From the NCBI RefSeq assembly GCF_009914755.1, contig NC_060929.1: a DNA stretch of 64,000 nucleotides; one strand, given 5' to 3'. Position 1 is the stretch's first letter. Each line of letters opens with the position of its first letter. Under the pieces are notes generated by a model. The model did not search any database. It saw nothing but the letters and a program-made list of their open reading frames with translations, and was not told the DNA's origin. Source of the stretch: the human T2T-CHM13v2.0 reference genome, Homo sapiens. The position numbers and the translations under genes were made by a program. Shown here one piece after another: positions 52,766-64,000 of this stretch.

Positions 52766-54435
52766 ATGTTATAAGAAAGGCAGTAACACCATCTGTATAG
52801 TCTGGAACCGCAGGATCTGGTCTGGTGATAGATTATAGCTAAGGTCAGTGGAAAGTGTGAGCGAGTGAGATTATGTGATTAACCTTGGCTGCTAGGTATG
52901 TGAGAGTCATAAGCTTTAGCAAATGGATGACCTGGATGGTTATCCACTTCAGACAAAATGTTAGCAAATGAATAGAAACAGCAGATAATAAGTGAGAGGG
53001 GTAGGGGACTAAAATCATAGTAAGTTTAGGCAGATAGCTGCAAAGTTTCAAAATAAAACCCATCTCTGAGGTTAACAGATAAAATATGTAAAAATGATAA
53101 ACAATATTTAGAATCCCTGGCTTCACAAGCCAAAAGCTAAATGGCTGATTCTCAGTTACATGCCCTCCTGCTAATCAAAACAGAGCACTGAGTTATAAAC
53201 TAGAAAGTGTAGTAAGAAATGCACATGAATCTGCATCTGAACAAAACTACTGATTGTGAATAAATCTGCAACATGGCTTCTGATAAAGCATTTACTCTCC
53301 TCATTTGCTCGACCTGTAGCTGTTGCATTCAAAATACATACACATATACTTACACAGACATATTTATATTTGCAATTTATAATATGTCTGAAATGTAATA
53401 CTCCAGTTCATTTGCAAGGTTGCTACCAAGGTATACGGGGTATAATTTTATCATCCAGGGCACAATGGATACACCAGCTCCAAACATAGAAGTCACTGAG
53501 TTGCCATATATTACTATAGAACAAGCATTTTATTTCAAACGATGGGAACCTCACATAAGTTAGGGGAGGAAAGGCAAAAATGAATTCAGTGGTGTTAATG
53601 GAGTTGGTCAAATACTTGTTATTTAAGTCACAAAAAGATATAAAGTGATACAAAACTGAATTTGCTAAATTATCAGAAGAAAATGAATCCCACCAAGTGA
53701 AGAAGTTAATATGGCAAAATGGCCAATGTTTATGGAATACTTAGCCTGTGTTAAACATTGCACTGAGCCCTTCAATAAACACAATCTCCATTAATTTTAT
53801 AACAATCCCATGAAGTAGTTATTATTCCTATTTAACTGTTAAAAATAGGTTTCGGTGACTATCGGCTACTGAGGATGTATCCAATGCCAAACTCCTATGT
53901 AAGAATGCATACATCTAAACACAAATGTGGATATTTTAATAAGACATTCAAAGCCAGAAAATGGGTAGAGATGCATGAAAAGAGAATTGGTAGCATCAAC
54001 TAGTTTGGTTGTTCACTAAGAAAGAACTGAAGTCTCCAGTATTTCTAAATTGGGATATGAATATCTACCAATTGGTATCTGTGAGGTAGACTTGGGGGGC
54101 AGGTGTGCATGCAATTTAATTTTCCCTATAAATACCACATTATGACAGCATTTCCCTGTAGAAGAGAGGATCACATAGTTTGGTTTTACCAAGAGACTTT
54201 TTTTTTTTTTTTCAGTTTGGGGAGCCATCAGAGCCAGTCTCTCTCCCTCCTCCGAACCTCACTCCTGGAAGGTGTTTTCTTGGTATTAGTTCTCCAGGAC
54301 CTCAAAATATATGAGGATACTTTAATACAACTACTGCTCTGCTAAAATGGAATGACTAACATTGAAATGATTCCCATGTCAGTTTTTAAGCAGATCAGTT
54401 GGACCTCCAGAAAATGTATGAATTGAAAAGACATG

Positions 54436-54740
54436 CTTCACTTAGAATAATAGTCTCCAATCTCATCCAGGTCAGGAATGGAAAACCAAACATTGAATGT
54501 TCTCACTCATAAGTGGGAGCTAAGCTATGAGGATGCAAAGGCATAAGAATGACAGTGGACTTTGGGAACTCAGTGGGAAAGGGTGGGAAGGGGGTGAGGG
54601 TAAAAGACTACAAACTGGGTGCAGTATTCACTGCTTGGGTGATGGGTGCACCAAAATCTCACAAATCTCCACCAAAACACTTACTCAGGTAACCAAACAC
54701 CACCATTCCCCAATAACCTATGAAAATAAAAAATTAAAAG
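54436..54740 (+). mobile_element. L1PB1-like 3' end with a 38-bp 5' inversion
   Basis: caggaatggaaaaccaaac...gagctaagctatgaggatgcaaaggcataagaatga...gggtgcaccaaaatctcacaaatc; 54436-54473 is the reverse complement of the upstream L1 segment. Confidence 0.92.
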
Positions 54741-54786
54741 AAATGAAAAGAGAGCCGAGATCTTTAGAGAAACACACGCACCAGTA

Positions 54787-54818
54787 CATATGTGTATGTA
54801 TACATATATGAATATGTG

Positions 54819-54858
<40 letters not shown>
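54787..54858. repeat. Compound (TA)n/(TG)17 microsatellite
   Basis: Direct reading; pure TG run at about 54825-54858. Confidence 0.95.
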
Positions 54859-54860
<2 letters not shown>

Positions 54861-54999
54861 GAGTTGAGGGTATAGTGGCAATGATACTACTAAGTGTTTC
54901 CTTTACTTAGCTCTTACCCCAAAAGACATATTTTCTAATCAGTAAAATAAACCAGGTACAATCCCATAGTGTAGGTATTTCCAAACTTCACTGACCATC

Positions 55000-55235
55000 A
55001 GAATAAAAATAGCCAGAGTTTCTCTGAATGCTTACTGTATAGGAAGAACCATGATGAATAACTTATCTGCTCGATGGTCCTCCCAAGTAGGTATAATTTC
55101 CCTCTTTCATAGATGAGATAATAGACTCAGTCAGGTTGAATTATTTGGCCATTAACTCATCTAGTGAGAGTGAAAACCATAATTTAAACATAAGCAGTCT
55201 TTACCAAGAGCTCATACTCTACCAATTGTGCTAAA
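55000..55235 (-). mobile_element. MIR
   Basis: tgaatgcttactgt...catagatgagataatagactcag...ccaagagctcatactct. Confidence 0.65.
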
Positions 55236-55249
55236 ATATAATACATTAT

Positions 55250-55482
55250 TGTTGGAGCCTAGGAATCAGAATAATTAAAAGCCCCCAGATGATTCTTATG
55301 CATCCAGCTCAATACTGGTCCAAGAATCCACTGGTAAGTCTTTGATGTGCATATCAATCACCTACAGATTTTGTTAAATTATAAATATTGATTCATTAGG
55401 TCTGGGTGTGGGCCTGAGAATCTGGATTTCTAACAAGTTCCAGGTAATGCCAATGCCTAGACTACATTTTGAGTAGCAAGTA
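55250..55482. mobile_element. MER5A-type fragments
   Basis: taggtctgggtgtgggcctgagaatctggatttctaacaagttccaggtaatgc...actacattttgagtagc. Confidence 0.75.
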
Positions 55483-55829
55483 AATAGGGCACAGCATTCA
55501 GTTATACAATGTTTTAAATTGTTCTGTAATGAAAACTATAAATTACGTCCCCAGATAAATTGGAAGCACCTGAAGTATCAATTTTACAGTATCTCCATAT
55601 GCTAGTAGTACTAGACCCATAAAAAAATTAAGCCATTCAAATAATGCTTGGTAAGTAATTCCCAAGAGAAGTGCTCTTCTGACTCTTTTTAACACCCAGC
55701 ACAAGAAGAACTGGAACAAAGGGGCTTGCTTACTCTCAGAGTGCAGGTGTCCTGATTTACTTCTGCATGGAAGAGGTTACAGATTCTGTCCCTCTGTCTG
55801 GTCACTTGATAGGTTGTCATTAACAATAG

Positions 55830-56145
<316 letters not shown>

Positions 56146-56734
56146 CAATAGTCTTCTTTCTAAGGAGTCTAAGAAAATAGTTATGAAGGGATATCAACAA
56201 AGTCATTAGAAAGCAGAACAAAGGTAAAATACACATGTTCTTTGGGATTAAAGAAATTAAGTGCAAAAAACCCCACAATTTTCTCCCATCAAATTTCCAT
56301 TCAATTTTTTTCATATTAATTATTACAAGGTTTTTGCACAATTTATTCTCCTATACACTTTAATCTCATGAATGGAAAAAACTTTGCCTGAATTCTTGAC
56401 TCCCATGCTCTTTGTTCTCCTATCTGATCCCCAACTATGTGGAACTGTCATCACAGAAAAATAATTGCCCTGGTCACTCCCCAGAAAGCTTGCTCAAGAT
56501 TTTATCCACTTTTGTTTCACCAAAGATTTGATCTTGGGGAAAAATATATCCAACTCAGCCAGCTTTTGAAATAACCCAGGATATTGTCATCATGCATATT
56601 TTAGAAACACTTCAAACTTAAGAGTACGCTCCATCTCTTTCCATAAGTCTCCCCATGCCAAACACACAGACCAGTCCATAGACTTGAGATTATAGCTCTT
56701 TCCAGAAGACAATATGCATATGTATGTATATATC

Positions 56735-57100
56735 TGTCTTAGCCCATCTGGTCTACTATAACAAAGTACCATAGACTGAGTGCCTTAAACAACAAACATT
56801 TACTTCTCACAGTTCTGGAGGCTGGAAGTCCAAGATCAAGGGGCCAGCAGATTTGGTGTCTGATGAGGACTCTCTTCCTGGTTTGCAGATGGCCATCTTT
56901 CACGTGTCCTTACATCTTTACATGGTGGAAAGAGCAAGGGAACTCTCTGGAGTCTCTCTTTTGAGGGCATTAATCCCATTTATTAGGATTCTATCTTCAT
57001 GGCCTCATCACCTCCCAAAGGTCCATCTCTTAATACCATCGCTTGGGGGTTAAGATTTCAGCATATGAATTTTGGAATACATAAACATTCAGTCTATAGC
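56735..57100 (-). mobile_element. MLT1A-type MaLR LTR
   Basis: tgtcttagcccat...ataacaaagtaccatagactg...ctcacagttctggaggctggaagtccaagatcaagg...aacattcagtctatagc. Confidence 0.92.
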
Positions 57101-57254
57101 CATATCCTAGAGTTTCTAATACATTTTGGAACTCAAATATTTCATTATTGGGAAGACATGAATCACCAAGTCTTTCTCCAAGTAAAACATATTGTCCAAT
57201 ATTTTACCACTTGCAGTAAATATGTGTGTTGCCATCTGGAGCTGTGAGCTTCAA

Positions 57255-57410
57255 AATGGAGGGGACATACACTACCCAGGTGAGTCTTATTTAAAAATGC
57301 AGATTTCTAGATTCTATGCCCAGCAATTCTGATTTAGATCAACAGTCAGACTTAGAAATCTACATTTGCATAAGCATCCCATGTAGTCTTGCTTCAGAAG
57401 CTCATAGTTC
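57255..57410. mobile_element. MER5-type fragment
   Basis: ttaaaaatgcagatttctag...attctgattt...agaaatctacatttgcataagcatccc. Confidence 0.6.
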
Positions 57411-58559
57411 AGAATGAGGGACAGCCATGTAAACAAATGACTGCCATCCGATATGATAAATTGAATGACAGAAGTGTGTACCATGCATAGTGCTAGCTGC
57501 AAGAGGTGGGGGCACAGTAGGAATTTTACTTAGTCTAGAGAAGGATGTTAGAGGCTTCTTCAAATAGTGTATTTAAGTTGAGCCTTGAGAGAGAAGAGAA
57601 AATTCAGTAGGCACCAGTTGATGGGATATAAACAAATAAATACATCTTTATTTGCATGATTGTTGGAGATAAAGTTAGAGGGCAGTGGGAGCAGGTAGAG
57701 GCACCTGACACAAATAGTTATGTAGGTTGTACTCTACCCAGCTTTAGGGCACCAATCTCACCATAGTCATCATAGTTTTGTACATTTGTTGCAATAACGT
57801 TCTGACCTATGGTAACACTATATCTTGAATAAATGGTCTCAGTTTCTAAGTTGTGCAAAGACCAGTGGGCCAGTGCTAGGTCTAGAGGAGAGGAAGTGGG
57901 AAGACTATATCCCTTTTTCACAGTTTTCAGTCTCACGTATATCACTTCACAAGGAACACAGGGAATCCTGGAGGAAGAAAATACTATAATTACAGCCTAT
58001 GGTGTTGGCTGCATGTCAAAAAGATGTACCTGCTCAAAATATAAAGTGAACCTAGGACTGACAGAAAAGGGTCGAATAATGAGGGAAGTAGGAAAATCTG
58101 AGTTGGAGGAGGATCATCAAACATCTATTTTTTTTTTTCTCCAAATGTTGCTGCCAAGACATTAATCAAACAACCCATATCCAGTGTTCCTCAGATACAG
58201 CAACGAGCAGACATTAATCGCAGATCTCCCGAAGGCCCCACCCTTTCAGATTCCAGGCACCATCTATGAAGAGAAGTACCTTTTATTTTCCCTTGAGGAT
58301 GCTCAGCTGCCACTGTCTCTAGCCCTTATCTGGGTCCTTGGAGCCCTTTACTCTATTGAATTGTCTTGATTTTCACACCAAAGCCTTCAATCCCAGAGAG
58401 ATCTTTCCATTCCATTTTTGAAGGAAATATCACTAGTAGATCTGCCTCCATGAGCACTTTCTGGGTATGGCATATTTACCTTCTAAGGAAAGATGAGGAA
58501 TCCATAAAATTAGTGTTAGTCATCTTACCTCTGTAACCTCTTATTACTTTATTACCGTC

Positions 58560-59045
58560 ACTACCAAAAATAATATTTATTCATCACTCTTCATGTGCTA
58601 ATGAATTTTACTAACTCTGTATTGTCACGATTTTCATTTCATCCTCACAAAATTTCCATAATGTAGCCATTATTAAACCTCATTTAGAGAGAACATCAAG
58701 ATTCAGAGAGGTTATGTAACTTATCCTGAATTACGTAGTTAATAAATACTAGAGCCAGGATATAAACTCAAGATTGTCCAACTTGAAAGGCCATAGTATA
58801 AATCAGTATATGATACTGCCTCTGCCCTCTTTCCTTCAGATCATGAGCTATATCATTACTATCTTCCGAGTGCCTTTGTGTGAACTTAGCTCTTTGTATG
58901 TATTAACCAATTTAAACCTCACAACAAACTTATGCAATAGGTTCTATTATTTCCATTTCAGAGATGAGAAAACTATGGCACAGAGAAATTAAATTACATG
59001 CCCAAGATCATCCATTTAGTAAGTAGTTGGAGGTGGGATTCAAAC
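58560..59045 (-). mobile_element. Two tandem MIR copies (about 58560-58800 and 58850-59045)
   Basis: catttcatcctcacaa...gattcagagaggttatgtaactt; ccatttcagagatgagaaaactatggcacagaga...gcccaagatca. Confidence 0.8.
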
Positions 59046-59329
59046 AATTCAAAAAAGCTGTTGAGATCTTGTTTATTTCACATTTGGTTCTTACATAGTA
59101 GCCTTAATCTAACCAAAGCCAATATTTTTAAGGTGTTTTAATAAATATCTAGGAAAATATACTGACATCCAGATTTACAATTTAGTTCAGAGGGAGAGTA
59201 TAGTAGAAACCTGGAAATTCTAAGTCTAAAGTCTTTGCCTTCAAATATGATAGTCCTTGGAAACTAAATAGAATTTTATAGTAAATAATCAAAACCTGCC
59301 TACCTAACATGCCTTCTAGCATTAATGTT

Positions 59330-60090
59330 TTCATTCAATTGTTTAATGACCGATGTGTGTTTACTGAGTGCCTGAAGCTTCAGGGACTGGGGACTCTAAG
59401 GGGATTGAGACATAATCCCTGCCTTCAGAAAGCTTACAGTCTGGTAGAGACTCAGAAGGAAACAGTGATTGTAGTATAGGTATCAAGTGCTATGATTAAT
59501 TGGGAGCTCCATGAAGACAGAGTCTCTGCCTTACTCTGCTTTATCTCCACCCAGTACCTCACCTATTGCCTGGCAGAGTGAGAATACAAATATTTATATA
59601 TGCATGCATGAATAAATGCATGCACTGTGGTGGTGCTGGGGAACTGCAGGCAGGGTTGGGGGGCAGGAGCTAAGTCAGCTGGGAATGAGACAGAGAGGAC
59701 AATGGAAAGGTTTCTGGGTCCTTGAAGAGGTGCTTGAACTGTGCTGAAACTGAAGAAGTTAGCATCAGTAAGCCAGGCAAGGGAAGAGGAGGATGGGAGA
59801 AACAGACAAATAGACAAGAGCACTGTAAGTGAGTTGTTATGCTGATGATGGGTCTGTGCAAGGCTTTCCAGGTTTGGCTGGGGGAACATACAGAAAGGAG
59901 AACCAGCTGACATACTAAGGAAGAACAAGGGAGACTAGAAGCAGAGTAGGGAGACGACAATGACAGAGCTCAAGAGGTCAGCAGGAGACAGATCATATTT
60001 CCCAAGCTAAGCATTTTGAACCTGACTCTGAAAGCCATGGAGGAGCCATTGATAGGTTTTAAGCACGGAAATGTCATGATCACTTTTAGT
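59330..60090 (-). mobile_element. L2 with a nested opposite-strand L2 tail (about 59500-59615)
   Basis: tttactgagtgcct...ccctgccttcagaaagcttacagtctgg; ggagccattgataggttttaagca; nested gagctccatgaagacagag...tgcctggcagagt. Confidence 0.7.
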
Positions 60091-60238
60091 TGATTGCAAA
60101 ATTGTAAACCCTTCTTTCCTAACCCTCTGTAGGGATGGCTGTGTTAGATAATACTACATTGTTTCAGGACTTAATGAGTAGAGGTCATCTACCTCCAGCT
60201 GTGTTCTAGACCTACCTGACTATAATTCTCCCTCCTAG

Positions 60239-60685
<447 letters not shown>

Positions 60686-60944
60686 TAGAATGGAAAACCA
60701 TTAGACCTGCATGAAAATGGACCAAGCAATGTAGTCAAAAACCTAACCAAATTAGATTCTGAGCTCTGGTTAATGTGTCTTTCAGGCAGGGGATCAGCCG
60801 TAGATCCTAGATGACAGATTTTTACATATTTGAGGAAAAGTAGTAACTTTTAAAATCAAATAAAAAGACAGGCATGATTTCTTGCATGCTGAAACTGCAA
60901 GCCCTTTTTCGTTGTGGAAGGTACACCTCACAGCTCCTCCCTGA

Positions 60945-61745
60945 TGCTTTAATTTATATGATTTATAAAACCAATGTATGCCTATTGTAAAATTCCAGGA
61001 ATAGAGAAAAAATAATTTTAAGTAAAAATTATTCTTCATCCCACCGGAGTCAACCAGGCTTAACATTTTTGTACAACTCTTGCCCCAGCTTTTATCCTCT
61101 TATGAAAACAATATTATTGTTATTACCATTGTTGTTTAAAGAAATATTACCTTAGTTGTATAATTTGCTTTTTTCCAGTTATACTGTAAATATGTATTTG
61201 CATTATCATTTTTAAAGCACACAGAGTATTCCATTATGCAGTTGTACCATAATTGTATCAGTATCATCTTCATAAACACTTAAATTGTCCCGATAACAGC
61301 AACAAAAACGCTTAGGAAGGGGGAAGGCTATGATGAACACCAATGTAGGTAAATCTTATGTTTCTATGACTATTTACTTAGAATAAAATTCAAGAAGTTG
61401 AATAGCTGAGCCAGTGGCATGCATGTTTAATGCCTGGGCTACATGCTGATGAATTGTCTAGAAAGATTGTATTCATGTACTATTTCACCAAAAAAGTGTC
61501 TATTTTGCTCTATCTGTAACAACTTTAAATATTATTTTTGATTCTAACTTTTGCCTACCTGATAGGTAAAAATTAGCACCACATTGTTATTTTAATATTT
61601 TGTTCCTTTAATTACTAGGAAGCTTGAACACCTTTCCATATAACTATCAGGTGTGTATTCTTTTTCATAAATTGTACTTTCTTGTCCTTCCTCATATTTG
61701 TTTGGTGATGCCTTTTATATGTTAAGAGTATTAACCCATTGAAAA
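60945..61745 (-). mobile_element. L1ME-type 3' fragment
   Basis: agtattccattatgcagttgtaccataatt; gctatgatgaacac; ttttgcctacctgataggtaaaaat. Confidence 0.7.
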
Positions 61746-62445
61746 CCCATTTTTATAGCCTGAAATTTGGTTCAGTCATCTACAGAGAGCATTCAGCCCA
61801 AAATCTGCCCAACATCAGTACTGGATATTTAAACTTAAGCAATCCATAGTCAGGAAGACACTGGTCCCCCATGGAGGAGATTTTTTTTCAAAGGAATGGA
61901 TCATAAAGCAAAAGGGATTTTCTATGGTGTCCCTATTAGTCAAATAAAGTGGTCTGACTCACTTTAGCTTTGGCAATTCCTGGTCATTGCTTGTGTGTGT
62001 CCCTAGAGAACAGAATGAATTAAGGAGTCACCATCTAAGGTGTTTTCAACAGAAAACACTTTGGCAAAAGCTTATTTAGCTAGTCTGGGATTAATTTTCT
62101 TAACCAGTTAGAACTTCAAAAAGAAGGGAATGAGTTAATAAACTCTTCGCAACATCCCTGCCCCCATACTCCCATCTAGTATGGTCTTCTGAGTCTGCAC
62201 ATGGCTGGGGCTCTTCTTTCCACACGTGTACTCTGAGCCCTAGAAACACTTAGGCTGTGAAGCACAATACACTTGTTTTTTTCTTTGGGTCAGTTCAAAT
62301 TGATCATGCCAACTCTTCCCATTCCCTCCTCTTTGCTTCCAATGTTTCCTTTCTCTTTTGTTTTTCAGAAGAAGGTAGAAGAATTTGGTAGACAGAGAGA
62401 GAGAGAGAAAGAGAATGTGTGTGCATTAAAACCAGACAAGGAAGC

Positions 62446-62730
62446 GGCTGGGTGTGGTGGCTCATGCCTGTAATCCTAGCACTTTGGGAGACCAAGGCGG
62501 GTGGATCACGAGGTCAGGAGTTCGAGACTAGCCTGACCAACATGATGAAACCCCGTCTCTACTAAAAATACAAAAAGTAGCTGGGCGTGGTGGCACACAC
62601 CTGTAATCCTAGCTACTCAGGAGGATGAGGCAGGAGAATAGCTTGAACCCAGGAGGCAGAGGTTGCAGTGAGCCAAGATCACGCCATTGCACTCCAGACT
62701 GGGCAAAAATAAAAATAATAAAAAAAAAAC
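62446..62730 (+). mobile_element. AluS (Sg-like) lacking the last ~20 nt of the right arm
   Basis: gatcacgaggtcaggagttcgagac; body ends ...actccagactgggc and runs straight into an A-rich tail. Confidence 0.93.
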
Positions 62731-63714
62731 AACCTTAAAGCAAAAAGTCCTTGGAGCCAATACCAATTGATGACCCAATCAGAGATACCATTTCAGAATT
62801 ACAAGTATAACCTTATTTGATTCTCATCACCCTCAAGTTCGCTGCGGAACTTGCCAAAGGCCCAAAGCTAGATAGTGGCAGAGCTGGGACTCTAACTCAG
62901 GTCTCAATGACTTCAAACTCATTTTTATGAGATTATGTGTCTCATAAGTCACCATGCCTGCTACCTCTTGTTTTACAGGTGAATGAACAAAGGCCCAGTG
63001 GACTGAGCAACTGGCTAAGGCACTCAGACTTTCTTAGTGGAGCTGAATAGAGAACACAGGCCCCTTTACTGTGCTGACTCATCTTTGAGATGATGATGCA
63101 ATTCAACAAGAAAAGATTCAATGTGTACAAATTGGATTGGGGCAATTATTCAAGAACAAATTGTATAAAGTGAGCTACACCTCAAGCTCTTTGCTTTGCT
63201 TCCCATTTAGGGGCATTTCCTATGAGTCCTTATACAACTCTCTGTGGTGGTTATAACCTGGTATCAAATCAAATCAAAATCAGAATCAGTGCAGACAATC
63301 ATTGCATGAGATTTGCTGTCTTCATGGAGGTTTTGTGTAGTGAAACATTGGGCTGACATCGCCTAGGGAATTTCATGTGAAAATTCCTCCCAAACATTTT
63401 TATTCTCAGAGTTCCTCTTCTTAGCACCACCAGGGAGTAGGGATCTGGAGGGTGAAGTGAGGTTTTTTCTCTCTTTCCCCTTCTCCTGTCTTGCTCTCTG
63501 CCTCACCACTCACTGGCTCCTACCTGAACTTCCAGGTTAGTCCTCCACTCACACTTGGAATTTCTTATCCTTTTGCCCTGCAGAACACTTAATTGAACAT
63601 ATTGTGTTAGTTGAGCATTTCTTTGGGGTCCCAAGTTTTTCCCCAAGGGGTTTATCAGCAATTATTCTGAACATATACGGCACCTTCAATTTCCTGTCTT
63701 CATTTTTTTTCCCA

Positions 63715-63870
63715 TAGATAATGTTATTATCCCAATTTTTACTAATGTTATTATCCCCATTTTAAGAAGTCTGAAGGTCAATTAGAGTAACTTGCCAAAA
63801 GTCACACTGCTAACACCTTGCACAGCCTAAATTCAAATCCATATTGGTCTGACTTCTAAAATTCTGGCTT
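63715..63870 (-). mobile_element. MIR fragment
   Basis: ttattatccccatttt...gtaacttgccaaaagtcacac...attcaaatcc...gtctgacttctaaa. Confidence 0.75.
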
Positions 63871-64000
63871 TGTTTAATGACATTAACTCCCTAACTCATT
63901 GTATTAAACTCTTACTATCTGTGCTAATTTCTCAAATATTGTATAAAAGGAGTTGTCCTCTAAAAAGAACAATTGTAACAGCTTGACCTTTCAGGTCTCA

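Noticed and set aside
63719-63764. 24-bp tandem duplication in a MIR (and a ~47-bp one in the L2 near 28730-28810)
   Set aside because: Real but routine slippage events inside dead repeats

Overview
This is AT-rich primate (very likely human) non-coding DNA, either intergenic or deep intronic. It is dominated by interspersed repeats: about 16 Alu copies (FLAM/J/S/Y), L1 fragments from L1M to a young L1PA2/3, many L2 and MIR relics, LTRs (THE1, MLT1, LTR16/33-like) and hAT/TcMar DNA-transposon fossils. I found no host protein-coding gene, RNA gene, CpG island or CRISPR array, and I could not identify the locus. The supplied ORFs are repeat-derived or chance frames. I did not find a new biological system. 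The most notable structures are (1) a ~667-bp, ~94%-identical local duplication with a perfect hairpin at one breakpoint, (2) a probable L1 3' transduction, (3) a twin-primed (5'-inverted) L1PB, (4) a palindromic template-switch scar, and (5) a ~4-kb repeat-poor block holding exon-like signals and a G-quadruplex/CCAAT motif. Repeat subfamily names come from recalled consensus sequences, and boundaries of old elements are approximate.
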